A DNA stretch of 64,000 nucleotides, taken from positions 1,600,001 to 1,664,000 of the forward strand of contig OZ243916.1 of the NCBI GenBank assembly GCA_965213675.1, given 5' to 3'. Shown here in pieces: positions 1-9,451 of this stretch; positions within the stretch are counted from its first letter, which is position 1, and each line of letters starts with the position of its first letter. Under the pieces are notes generated by a model that did not search any database, was not told the origin of the DNA, and saw only the letters and a program-made list of their open reading frames with translations. Both the position numbers and the translations under genes were made by a program. The stretch comes from an uncultured Candidatus Binatia bacterium. GTDB taxonomy: Bacteria; Desulfobacterota; Binatia; UBA9968; JAJDTQ01.

Positions 1-413
1 TCCATCCCAAGGCCAACCCGGACTGGGTGTGCACCGTGGACTACGGCGCCGCCCATGTCGGCAACCCGGACGTGGTGTTCCTGGACGTGCGCTCGGACGG
101 CGAATGGACGGGCGCCAACAACCGCGGCAACCGGCGCGCCGGCCGCATCCCCGGGGCCGTGCACCTGGAATGGCTCAATTTCGTCCACGACAAGCCCTAT
201 CGGACCTTCAAGGAGGCCGGAGAGTTGCGGAGCCTTTTGGAGCAAGCGGGCGTTCCGCCTGATCGTGAAGTGGTCACCTATTGACAGGGCGGCATCCGTG
301 CGGCGCACGGAGTCTTCGTCCTGACACTGATGGGTTACGAACGGGCGCGCAACTACGACGGCTCCATGGCCGAATGGGCGAACCGCGACGACACGCCGCT
401 CGTGCGCGAGTGA
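1..413 (+). CDS. Rhodanese/sulfurtransferase, C-terminal part (5' end outside window), probable selenoprotein with UGA=Sec at 282-284
   Basis: LDVRS..E..G, GRIPGAVH, then VVTY-TGA-QGGIRAAH...ARNYDGSMAEW. The rhodanese C-terminal signature continues in frame past the TGA to a stop at 411-413. Confidence 0.88.
291..314 (+). promoter_or_regulatory. Putative bacterial SECIS hairpin
   Basis: TCCGTGC(295-301)-GGC loop-GCACGGA(305-311). The loop G starts 18 nt after the UGA. Confidence 0.7.
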
Positions 414-494
414 GTCGCCTTGCCGCACGCACGCCGTTGGCAACGACCCGCCGCGTGGCGCACCGGCTGATGGGCGGGGGCGCCAACGACGGCA

Positions 495-1418
495 GTGGCA
501 TGGCTTCTGCCAGCGCCCGTGCCTGAACCGTTGCTCATGACGCTCGAAGAAAGGGAAATCGTCGTGCGCAGGACGCGCGACCACCGTCGGGCGGAGGAGT
601 GGGCACTGGTGCTGGAGGCGGAAGGCCTGACGCCGCGGCTGTCGCACACGACCAGTGGATGGGTCCTGTCGGTGCCCGCCCATCACCTGGAGCGGGCCGC
701 CACCGAACTGTGGGCGTACGAGAGCGAGAACCGCGCCGCCCCGGTGGATGAAGATCAGCCTTGGGCGGGGCGGGCTCCGTTCCACACCGGGCTCGGCGTT
801 GCCGCGGGGTTGATCGCGTTCTTCCTCTTCGCCGCGTGGACTCAGGAAACCGTGCGCTGGGTGGAGCACGGCAACGCGTCGGCCGACTGGATCCTGCGCG
901 GCCAACTGTGGCGCACGGTCACCGCCCTCACCCTGCACGGCGACTTCCCCCATGTGGCTTCCAACGCGGTGGCCCTGGTCTTCTTCCTGACCGCGGTGTG
1001 CCGTTCCCTGGGGCCCGGGTTGGGCGCGGCCATGGTGCTCGGGGTCGGCGCGCTGGGCAACCTCTTCAACGCCTGGTTTCACGGCTTCGCCCACCAGTCC
1101 GTGGGCGCCTCCACCGCGGTGTTCGGCGCCCTGGGCCTGCTGGGCGCCATCGGCGTCGTCGAGCGCCAGCGGCTCGGGATGCAAGGACGGCGCGCCTGGG
1201 TGCCGTTGGCCGCGGGGGTAGGGATTCTCGCCATGCTCGGCACGGGCGGCCCGCGCGTGGACCTTTGGGCGCATTTCTGGGGCTTCGGCGCCGGCGCCGG
1301 CGCGGGTATCTGCGCGGCCTTGTTCATGGAGCGGCCGGAAAGCGCCACGGCGCAACTCAGGATCGGCGTGGCCGCCGCCGGCGTGGTGGTGCTGTGCTGG
1401 ATCGTGGCGCTGGCGTAA
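495..1418 (+). CDS. Rhomboid-family intramembrane serine protease
   Basis: WR motif, H...H..N, GAS catalytic motif, AHFWG; multiple TM segments. Start uncertain (495 or 537). Confidence 0.9.
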   Translation: MAWLLPAPVPEPLLMTLEEREIVVRRTRDHRRAEEWALVLEAEGLTPRLSHTTSGWVLSVPAHHLERAATELWAYESENRAAPVDEDQPWAGRAPFHTGLGVAAGLIAFFLFAAWTQETVRWVEHGNASADWILRGQLWRTVTALTLHGDFPHVASNAVALVFFLTAVCRSLGPGLGAAMVLGVGALGNLFNAWFHGFAHQSVGASTAVFGALGLLGAIGVVERQRLGMQGRRAWVPLAAGVGILAMLGTGGPRVDLWAHFWGFGAGAGAGICAALFMERPESATAQLRIGVAAAGVVVLCWIVALA

Positions 1419-1638
1419 TGTCCGTCCCGTCCGATGGCCTCGCGTTTTGGCCTTTGCGCTGTCCCGGCGCGACGCTCGGGACGAACGCTTCCACGACGTT
1501 CAGGACCCGCTCTGTCCGTTGTCGGTTCATGCCAGCAGACTCGCGCGAGGGTCCGCGACGAAACGAACCTTGACAACGGTTCCCTGGGAGCTGGCGCCGC
1601 AGGGCAACGTCCCGCGGGCGAAAGAGAAAGGATCGATC

Positions 1639-2403
1639 ATGGGTTTGCTGGATCAGAAGGTGATCATCGTCACCGGCGGGGGCCACGGCATCGGCCGAGC
1701 CTATTGCCTGGGCATTGCCCGCGAGGGGGGTGCGCCCGTAGCCGCGGACATCGACGGGGACGCCGCGCAGTCCGTGGCGCGGGAGGTTGCCGGAAGCGGC
1801 GGACAGGGCCTCGGCACGCGCACGAACGTGGCGGACTCCGGGAGTTGCCAGGCCATGGTCCAGGCAACCCTGGAGCGGTTCGGACGTATCGACGGGTTGG
1901 TGAACAACGCCGCGGTGTTCATGAGCGTGCCGGTGACGCGCTCGGGCTTCCAGGACATCCGCGAGGAGGAATGGGACCAGGTGATGGCGGTGAACGTCAA
2001 GGGGCTGTGGCTATGCAGCCGCGCCGTGGTCCCGGCCATGCAGGAACGCGGGCAGGGCAGCATCGTCAACATCGCTTCCAACATGGCCTACAACGGCGGC
2101 GCCGGCATGATGCACTACGTCGTGTCCAAGGCGGCGGTGGTAGGCTTCACGCGGGTGCTGGCGCGGGAGTTGGGGCCGGACAACATCCGCGTGAACACCC
2201 TGGCGCCGGGCTCCACCGCAAGCGAAACCGAGCCCACCGGCGCCGCTTTGGAGGACTACCGGCGCTCCGCGTCCAAGCGCATTCTGCAACGCATCGAGAA
2301 GCCCGAGGACGTGGTGGGAACCGCGCTGTACCTCCTGTCCGATCTGAGCGCCTTCGTCACGGGCCAGTCCATTCTCGTGAACGGCGGCGCCAACCTGCAT
2401 TGA
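1639..2403 (+). CDS. SDR-family oxidoreductase
   Basis: TGGGHGIG, NNA, YVVSK; ATG preceded by AAAGGA. Confidence 0.92.
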   Translation: MGLLDQKVIIVTGGGHGIGRAYCLGIAREGGAPVAADIDGDAAQSVAREVAGSGGQGLGTRTNVADSGSCQAMVQATLERFGRIDGLVNNAAVFMSVPVTRSGFQDIREEEWDQVMAVNVKGLWLCSRAVVPAMQERGQGSIVNIASNMAYNGGAGMMHYVVSKAAVVGFTRVLARELGPDNIRVNTLAPGSTASETEPTGAALEDYRRSASKRILQRIEKPEDVVGTALYLLSDLSAFVTGQSILVNGGANLH

Positions 2404-2465
2404 AGCCTTCCCCGGGGAGCCGGCCGCTTCAAGACGCCTGCGGCAGCGCGGCATTCCCCTATCCC

Positions 2466-2514
2466 GGATTCCCGCTCCCGATCAAGGTCGGGGACGGACT
2501 TTCGCGGGAATGAC
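2466..2514. repeat. Palindromic intergenic repeat GGATTCCCGC...GCGGGAATGAC with nested CCCGATC..GTCG hairpin
   Basis: A closely similar copy is at 22550-22598; related partial copies lie near 33705-33731 and 35164-35212. Confidence 0.75.
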
Positions 2515-2582
2515 ACACAAAGGATGCGGCGATGACGGAAGACCCGAATCCGGGATGACGAGGGAGCAACCCGACTCTTGAA

Positions 2583-2622
2583 GTTGCCTGGACTGGCAAC
2601 CACGCGGCGCATCGCGTAGACT
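2583..2622 (+). promoter_or_regulatory. Putative sigma70 promoter with overlapping inverted repeat
   Basis: TGGCAA(2594)-N17-TAGACT(2617); GTTGCC-N6-GGCAAC at 2583-2600. Confidence 0.45.
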
Positions 2623-2644
2623 GAAACCAAGCTAAAGCTGCGTT

Positions 2645-2716
2645 TTGTCACACAAGTGGTCACACATGTGGTCGTGCATCTTGTCGTGCATCTTGTCATG
2701 CATGTTGTGACGCATC
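2645..2716. repeat. Six degenerate 12-bp tandem repeats
   Basis: ttgtcacacaag/tggtcacacatg/tggtcgtgcatc/ttgtcgtgcatc/ttgtcatgcatg/ttgtgacgcatc. Confidence 0.85.
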
Positions 2717-2759
2717 CACGCACATCCACCGCACGGGAAAGCCGCCAAGGGATTTCCGC

Positions 2760-4166
2760 ATGCCAGACGCAGGAACCGACGACCATCCATTGCGAATTGC
2801 CATCATCGGGTCCGGTCCGGCGGGCTTCTATGTGGTGGAGCGATTCTTTCGCGAGAAGGGCCTGAACGTCGAAATTGACATGTTCGACGAGTTGGCGACG
2901 CCGTTCGGATTGGTACGGGGCGGCGTGGCCCCGGACCATCAGAAGATCAAGTCGGTGGTGCGGGTCTATGACCGGAGCGCCCGCAATGCCCGGTTCCGCT
3001 TCTACGGCAACGTGCGCTACGGCCGTGACCTGAGCCTTGAGGACCTCCGGTCCCACTACCACCAGATCTGCTTCACCACCGGGGCCCAGACCGACCGCGT
3101 CCTGGGCGTTCCAGGCGAGGACCTCCGGGGCAGCCACGCGGCCACCGAGTTCGTCGCGTGGTACAACGGCCACCCGGATTACCGCGACCGCAGCTTCGAC
3201 CTGTCCGGCGAGGCCGCCGTGGTCATCGGCGTGGGCAACGTCGCCATCGACGTCGCGCGCATCCTGTGCCGCACCTACGAGGAGCTGGCGGTCACCGACA
3301 TCGCCGACTACGCACTGGCGGCGCTGCGAGAGAGTCGCATCCGCACCGTCCACCTCATCGGCCGCCGCGGCCCGGCCCAAGCCGCCTTCACCACCCCGGA
3401 GATCCAGGAGATGGGGGAGATGGCGGGCGCCGATGTGGCAGTGCTCCCCGAGGAGGCCCGGCTCGACGCTCTCAGCCAGACCGCCGTCGATGCTCATCCG
3501 GACAAGGCCCTGGTCCGAAAGATCGAGATCCTTCAGCGCTACGCCGCGCAGCCGTCCGCTGGCAAGCCACGCCGCCTCCATATCCGCTTTCTGCTGTCAC
3601 CCACCGAATTGATGGGCGATGCCGGCGGCCGCGTGCGAGGCGTCCGTCTGGCGCGGAACGTACTCTACGCGGACAACGGCTCTCTGCGGCCGCGCGCCAC
3701 CGGCGAGCACGAGACGCTTCCCGCGGACATCGTCTTCCGTTCCGTGGGCTACCTGGGAGTGCCGTTGCCGGGCGTGCCCTTCGATGAACGCCGGGGGGTG
3801 ATTCCCAACGACCGCGGCCGGGTGCTGACCGGACAAGGCGGCGAGCCCATGCCGGGCCTCTACGCCTCCGGGTGGATCAAGCGCGGGCCCAGCGGCGTCA
3901 TCGGCACCAACAAGCCCGACGCCGCCGAAACCGTGGAACGCATGCTGGAGGACCTGCGCGCCGGCGCCGTTCCCGCCCCCGTCCACCCCGGCGTGGCCGA
4001 CGCCGAGCGCCTGGTGCGCGAACGTCAACCCGATTACGTGTCCTACGAAGACTGGCTGCGCCTCGACCGGATTGAAACAGCCCGCGGCCAGGCGGCCGGA
4101 CGCCCGCGCGTCAAGCTCACGCGCACCGAGGACATGATCGCGGCACTGAAGGGCGCCGAGGGGTAG
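2760..4166 (+). CDS. Ferredoxin--NADP+ reductase, FprA/adrenodoxin-reductase type
   Basis: GSGPAG, PFGLVRGGVAPDH, GVGNVAIDVAR, GWIKRGPSGVIGTN. Confidence 0.92.
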   Translation: MPDAGTDDHPLRIAIIGSGPAGFYVVERFFREKGLNVEIDMFDELATPFGLVRGGVAPDHQKIKSVVRVYDRSARNARFRFYGNVRYGRDLSLEDLRSHYHQICFTTGAQTDRVLGVPGEDLRGSHAATEFVAWYNGHPDYRDRSFDLSGEAAVVIGVGNVAIDVARILCRTYEELAVTDIADYALAALRESRIRTVHLIGRRGPAQAAFTTPEIQEMGEMAGADVAVLPEEARLDALSQTAVDAHPDKALVRKIEILQRYAAQPSAGKPRRLHIRFLLSPTELMGDAGGRVRGVRLARNVLYADNGSLRPRATGEHETLPADIVFRSVGYLGVPLPGVPFDERRGVIPNDRGRVLTGQGGEPMPGLYASGWIKRGPSGVIGTNKPDAAETVERMLEDLRAGAVPAPVHPGVADAERLVRERQPDYVSYEDWLRLDRIETARGQAAGRPRVKLTRTEDMIAALKGAEG

Positions 4167-4261
4167 AAACCCGCGGGGGTGGGTCCGCCGTGGGGACGAC
4201 AGCGGGTCGCCCCTGCCGTTCATCGCGCCTTGCCCGCGACGAAATTGCCTGCGCGGATTTG

Positions 4262-4972
4262 TCAAGGTATTCGTGCAACGCGATTCCCACCTTGGCCGGC
4301 CGCGGCCTGATCGGCCAGGACCACCGCGACGTCCGATGCCACGCGGCCCGCGGGGATGGCGGCGTCGCCGTCACACAGCCGCCGCAGCATCTCGCGCTTG
4401 TCCGCGCCGGTCACCACCCAGAGAATCCGCCGCGCGTTGTCGAGCGCCGGGCAGGTCAGGGTCATGCGCCGCCGGCCTTGGTACACGCCGGTTGCGGCCA
4501 CCGTTGCGTTCTGGATGGCGACTTCCGGCGCACCGGGCACCAATGACGCGGTGTGGCCGTCCGGTCCCAGCCCCAGATGCACCAGATCCAGCCGACCCGA
4601 GGGCGCGGTCAGCCGTCCCAGGGTTTCGGCGTACTCGCGCGCGGCCGCGTCCAGGTCGCGCGCCGCCACGGGCATGGCGTGTATCTGACCCGGCTTGAGG
4701 GGCGCTCGCGCCAGGCTCTCGCGCAGATGCGTCAGGTTCCGGTCCACATGGCCCTCGGGCGCCGCCCGCTCGTCCACCTGCACGATGTCCATCGCGTGCC
4801 ACGGCACGTCCTCGTCCACCAGCGCCCGCAGCATCACCCACGGGGTTCGGCCGCCGCTGGCGGCGAACACGAACCGGCCGCGCGCCGCCACGGCCGCGCG
4901 CGCGGCCTGCGCAATAAAGGCGGCCGCGCGCCGCGCCACCCTCTCGCTGTCCGGCAACACCTCGACCTCCAT
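4262..4972 (-). CDS. pgl: 6-phosphogluconolactonase
   Basis: SGGRTP, VDER, LGLGPDGHTASL, RMTLT; lies downstream of gnd. Confidence 0.9.
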   Translation of the reverse strand: MEVEVLPDSERVARRAAAFIAQAARAAVAARGRFVFAASGGRTPWVMLRALVDEDVPWHAMDIVQVDERAAPEGHVDRNLTHLRESLARAPLKPGQIHAMPVAARDLDAAAREYAETLGRLTAPSGRLDLVHLGLGPDGHTASLVPGAPEVAIQNATVAATGVYQGRRRMTLTCPALDNARRILWVVTGADKREMLRRLCDGDAAIPAGRVASDVAVVLADQAAAGQGGNRVARIP

Positions 4973-4985
4973 GTCGGGCCCCCGG

Positions 4986-6005
4986 TTATTTCTTGCCCGG
5001 CAGCTCCTCGTGGCCGCCGAACTGGAAGCGCATGGCCGAGAGCAGCTTGTCGGCGTAATCCGCCTCGCCGCGGGAGCTGAAGCGCTCGAACAGCGCCGCG
5101 GTGAGCACATGGGCGGGCACCGCCTCGTCCACCGCCGCCTGGATGGTCCAGCGCCCTTCCCCGGAATCCGACACCCGCCCGGCGAAGCGCTCGAGGCCGG
5201 GATCCTCCAGCAGCGCGTTGGCGGTGAGGTCCAGGAGCCACGAAGCCACGACGCTGCCGCGGCGCCACAACTCCGCCACCTCGCCCAGATCGAAGTCGTA
5301 TTGATAGTGCTCCGGCTCCCGCAGCGGAGTCTGCTCCGCGCTGGCCTCGCCGCCCTGCTTGCCCACGTTGGCATGCTTGAGGATGTTGAAGCCCTCGGCG
5401 TAGGCCGCCATGATGCCGTACTCGATGCCGTTGTGGATCATCTTGACGAAGTGGCCGGCGCCGTTGGGGCCGCAGTGCAGGTAGCCGTTTTCGGCGGTCC
5501 CCTTGCCCGGCTCCCGGCCCGGAGTGCGCGGCGCCTCGTCGATGCTGGGCGCCAACGCCGCGAAGATGGGATCGAGATGGCGCACCACGTCGGGCTCGCC
5601 GCCGATCATCTGGCAATAGCCCCGTTCCAGGCCCCACACGCCGCCGCTGGTGCCCACGTCCACATAGTGAATGCCCTTGGCCGCCAACTCCCGGGCGCGA
5701 CGGATGTCGTCGATGTAGTACGAGTTGCCGCCGTCGATGAGAATGTCGTCCTTCTCCAGGTGCTCGACGCAGGACTCGATGGTGCGGTCCACCACGGCCG
5801 CCGGCACCATCATCCACAACGCCCGCGGCCTGTCGAGCTTCGCCATCAGATCCGCCAGCGAGCCGCTTCCCACCGCACCGTCCGCCACCAGTCCCTGGAC
5901 GGCGTCGGCGTGCCTGTCGAAGGCCACCACCTGGTGTCCGGCCTTGATCAGCCGCCGCGCCATGTTGCCGCCCATCCTTCCCAAACCGATGATGCCCAAC
6001 TGCAT
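4986..6005 (-). CDS. gnd: Decarboxylating 6-phosphogluconate dehydrogenase (short type)
   Basis: [36 protein letters not shown]. Confidence 0.95.
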   Translation of the reverse strand: MQLGIIGLGRMGGNMARRLIKAGHQVVAFDRHADAVQGLVADGAVGSGSLADLMAKLDRPRALWMMVPAAVVDRTIESCVEHLEKDDILIDGGNSYYIDDIRRARELAAKGIHYVDVGTSGGVWGLERGYCQMIGGEPDVVRHLDPIFAALAPSIDEAPRTPGREPGKGTAENGYLHCGPNGAGHFVKMIHNGIEYGIMAAYAEGFNILKHANVGKQGGEASAEQTPLREPEHYQYDFDLGEVAELWRRGSVVASWLLDLTANALLEDPGLERFAGRVSDSGEGRWTIQAAVDEAVPAHVLTAALFERFSSRGEADYADKLLSAMRFQFGGHEELPGKK

Positions 6006-6015
6006 GCCGACCTCC

Positions 6016-6043
6016 TTCAGTGCAACCGTTTCAGTGCAACCGT
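6016..6043. repeat. Perfect 14-bp tandem duplication TTCAGTGCAACCGT x2 upstream of gnd
   Basis: Directly visible in the sequence; resembles a LacI-family operator. Confidence 0.8.
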
Positions 6044-6193
6044 TTTCGCACTTCCGGTCTCCCCACCCGTCTCTCGCCCCGTGGAGACCGAACAGACGGT
6101 TGGCATCTTAGCATACCCGGCCGGGCCGGGATGCACCGCCGTTCCCACCCGGACCGTGGCATTGACTCTCGGGATGCGATAGAGTGGCGCGCC

Positions 6194-8032
6194 ATGTACG
6201 TTCCCATTGAAGACTACGGCGTCATCGGCGACCTGCACACCGTCGCCCTGGTGGGGAACCACGGTTCCATCGACTGGTTCTGCTACCCGCGCTTCGATTC
6301 GCCCAGCGTCTTCGGCGCGGTGCTCGACCACACTCGGGGCGGACGCTTCGTCATCGGACCGGATGTGGCCAACGTCACTTGCCGGCAATTGTACCTGCCC
6401 GACACCAACATCCTGATCACGCGCTTCATGACCGAGGAAGGGGTCAGCGAAGTCATGGACTTCATGCCCCCGGGACCGGCGGACGAGAGCTACCACGGGC
6501 GCATCATCCGCATCGCCAAAGTGGTGCGCGGCGCCATGTCGCTCAAACTGGAGTGCGCCCCCGCCTTCGACTACGGGCGCGCCCGCCACACCGTGGAGGT
6601 GCGCGACAACCGGGCCGTGTTCCGTAGCGACCGCTTGGGCTGCATGCTGAACCTTTCCCAGCGCGGGCACCGGGACGTCGTGTCCATGCGCCCAGACGGC
6701 AACGGCGGCGTGGTGGCCAGCGGCACCCTGCGCGAGAACAGTGTGTTGGCCGCGGTATTCCAGGGCACGGACGACCACGGCATGGACGCCGACTGCCCGG
6801 ACGTGGACCACTGTCTCGAGTTGCTGGAAGACACCGAACGGTACTGGCACCGATGGCTGCGGCAGTCCCGCTACAGCGGGCGCTGGCGCGAGATGGTGGA
6901 CCGCTCCGCCCTGGTGCTGAAGCTCCTGTGCTACGAGCCCACCGGCGCCATCGTGGCCGCGCCCACCTGCAGCCTGCCGGAAAACATCGGCGGCGGGCGC
7001 AACTGGGACTATCGCTACACCTGGATCCGCGACGCCAGCTTCAGCCTCTACGGCCTCATGCGCCTGGGCTTCACCGACGAAGCGGCGCGGTTCATGGACT
7101 GGCTCAAGGAGCGCTGTGGCGACCTCAAGCCCGACGGTTCGCTGCAGATCATGTACGGCATCCGCGGCGAGAAAAACATCCCCGAGTCCACCCTCGATCA
7201 CTGGGAAGGCTACCGCCAGTCCGCCCCCGTACGCGTCGGCAACGCCGCCGCCGACCAGCTCCAGCTCGACATCTACGGCGAGATGATGGACTCGGTCTAC
7301 CTCTTCAACAAGTACGGCAGCCCCATCGACTCGGAGCTGTGGAACAACCTGTCGCGGCTGATGGAGTGGGTCTGCGACCACTGGGATCAGGCGGACGAGG
7401 GCATCTGGGAGGTGCGGGGTGGCCGCCAGCACTTCGTCTACTCCAAGCTCATGTGCTGGGTGGCCCTGGATCGGGGCGTGCGCTTGGCGGAGAAGCGCTC
7501 GTTTCCGGCCAACCGGGAGCGCTGGCTCCACAGCCGGGACGCCATCTACCACAGGATCATGGCCGAGGGATTCAACCGCGAACGGAACGCCTTCGTGCAG
7601 GCCTTCGGCAGCGACACCCTGGACGCCAGCAACCTGCTCATGCCGCTGGTGTTCTTCGTCTCCCCCACCGACCCCAAGATGCTGTCCACCCTCGATGCCA
7701 TCAACCGCCCGCCGCACCAGGCCGGGCTGGTGTCGGACAGCCTGGTGTACCGCTACGATGTGGCCCGCACGGACGACGGGGTCGCCGGGGAGGAAGGCAC
7801 CTTCAGCATGTGCACCTTCTGGCTGGTGGAGGCGTTGACGCGCGCCGGCCGGCTCGGCAACGCCCGCTTCATCTTTGAGAAAATGCTGAGCTACGCCAAT
7901 CACCTGGGGCTCTATTCCGAGGAGACCGGCCCGCGCGGCGAGGCCTTGGGTAACTTCCCTCAGGCCTTCACCCACCTGGGCCTCATCAGCGCGGCGTTCA
8001 ACCTCGACCGCAAGCTCGGGTCCAAGGACTGA
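6194..8032 (+). CDS. Glycoside hydrolase family 15 (trehalase/glucoamylase-like)
   Basis: [47 protein letters not shown]. Confidence 0.95.
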   Translation: MYVPIEDYGVIGDLHTVALVGNHGSIDWFCYPRFDSPSVFGAVLDHTRGGRFVIGPDVANVTCRQLYLPDTNILITRFMTEEGVSEVMDFMPPGPADESYHGRIIRIAKVVRGAMSLKLECAPAFDYGRARHTVEVRDNRAVFRSDRLGCMLNLSQRGHRDVVSMRPDGNGGVVASGTLRENSVLAAVFQGTDDHGMDADCPDVDHCLELLEDTERYWHRWLRQSRYSGRWREMVDRSALVLKLLCYEPTGAIVAAPTCSLPENIGGGRNWDYRYTWIRDASFSLYGLMRLGFTDEAARFMDWLKERCGDLKPDGSLQIMYGIRGEKNIPESTLDHWEGYRQSAPVRVGNAAADQLQLDIYGEMMDSVYLFNKYGSPIDSELWNNLSRLMEWVCDHWDQADEGIWEVRGGRQHFVYSKLMCWVALDRGVRLAEKRSFPANRERWLHSRDAIYHRIMAEGFNRERNAFVQAFGSDTLDASNLLMPLVFFVSPTDPKMLSTLDAINRPPHQAGLVSDSLVYRYDVARTDDGVAGEEGTFSMCTFWLVEALTRAGRLGNARFIFEKMLSYANHLGLYSEETGPRGEALGNFPQAFTHLGLISAAFNLDRKLGSKD

Positions 8033-8186
8033 GTTCCGATCCAGGGACTGACATCGGATCGACAAACACCGAGTGGGCTTGATGGGTTGCCAGCAACCCG
8101 AGTTTCGCGTAAACACCACGCGTTGATGACCGCCGGGGCCATGACTCGCACGGTCCCGAACCCCTTGCGAAGAACGGAGGAAACCC

Positions 8187-9296
8187 ATGTTCGCGAAATC
8201 CATGTGTGCAAGACTGCTCGTGGTATTGGCCGTGCTCGGCCTCGCCCTGCCCGCGTTGGCGGAAGAAAAAATCTCGCCCGCGCTCCAGAAGGTCATCGAC
8301 GCCGCCGGGAAGGAAGGCGAGTTGAAGATCCAGTGGACACCCGGGCGACTCGGTGGAGACGTGGGTCTGCGCAAGATGGTCGCCGCCTTGAACAAGCGCT
8401 ACGGGACCGATCTCAAGGTCCGGTTCACGCCCGGACCGAGTTTCCCGCGCATGACCGCCAAGCTGCTGCAGGAACACGCCGCCGGGCAACAGGCCAGCAG
8501 CGACATTCACCTGGGCACCTCGAACCACATCTCCCAGGGCACGGCCAAGGGCATGCTCAGGCTGTTGGACTGGGAGGGACTGCTGGAGCGGCCCAACCCC
8601 AAGGACGCCAACATCAGCCGGACCGCCCCCAAGGGCGCCGCGGTGGCCATTGCCTCGCGGGTGGTGGGCATCTCGTACAACTCGCGGCTGGTCAAGGAGG
8701 CTGACGTCCCCAAGAGCATGGAAGACGTCTTCAACCCGAAGTTCAAAGGCAAGATCGCGTCCACGCCCTACGCCACCGGGCTCTACCAGTTCGCCGCCGA
8801 CGACATGCTCGGGCGCGAGCGCATGACCGATTACACCAACCGGCTGGCCACGCAAATCGGCGGACTGATGAGCTGCAATGCGCAGGAGCGCATCGCCAGC
8901 GGCGAGTTCCTCATGCTGGTGTTCGACTGCGGCCACGACGACTCGCTGCGCATGACCCGCAAGGGGGCGCCGGTGAAGCAGACCACCGTCAAAGAGATCT
9001 CAAGGGTCAACGTCATGTACCTGGGCGTGCCCAAGCACTCGCAGCACCCCAACGCGGCCACCCTGTTCGCGGCCTTCATGAACACGGAAGAAGGCCAGAA
9101 GCTCCAGTGGGACCTGGCCGGCCATGACCTGCACATCTATCCCGAGGCCAACACGCGCAAGCCGGTCCAGGAGATCGTCAAGAGCGGCGGCCTGCTCTTC
9201 ATCGACACGGTGGAGCGCAACAACCGGCGCGATCCCAAGGAACTGCGGAAGATTCAGGCCGAGTTCCGCAAGATCCTCAAGGACGGCGGGAAGTAG
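8187..9296 (+). CDS. ABC transporter substrate-binding protein (Fe3+/polyamine-type fold)
   Basis: Signal peptide, YNSRLV..P, HPNAATLF; RBS GGAGG. Confidence 0.85.
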   Translation: MFAKSMCARLLVVLAVLGLALPALAEEKISPALQKVIDAAGKEGELKIQWTPGRLGGDVGLRKMVAALNKRYGTDLKVRFTPGPSFPRMTAKLLQEHAAGQQASSDIHLGTSNHISQGTAKGMLRLLDWEGLLERPNPKDANISRTAPKGAAVAIASRVVGISYNSRLVKEADVPKSMEDVFNPKFKGKIASTPYATGLYQFAADDMLGRERMTDYTNRLATQIGGLMSCNAQERIASGEFLMLVFDCGHDDSLRMTRKGAPVKQTTVKEISRVNVMYLGVPKHSQHPNAATLFAAFMNTEEGQKLQWDLAGHDLHIYPEANTRKPVQEIVKSGGLLFIDTVERNNRRDPKELRKIQAEFRKILKDGGK

Positions 9297-9309
9297 TCCT
9301 CACCCGGAC

Positions 9310-9348
9310 GGCGAAACCCGGAGGACCAGCGGTTTCCCGGGTTTCGCC
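9310..9348. terminator. Intercistronic stem-loop between binding-protein and permease genes
   Basis: GGCGAAACCCGG...CCGGGTTTCGCC, a 12-bp stem. Confidence 0.55.
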
Positions 9349-9451
9349 CCGGATGGTGTGAAAGTCCCGGAATGCGTCCGGGACACTGCCCGCCGATGGA
9401 AATCGAGCCAGACCAACCATGAGGCGTCTCCACTGAGAAAGGCCCGAAGCC

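Noticed and set aside
8033-8186. Riboswitch upstream of the ABC operon
   Set aside because: Hairpins are present, but no TPP, cobalamin or other conserved aptamer motif was recognised. An Rfam scan would be needed.
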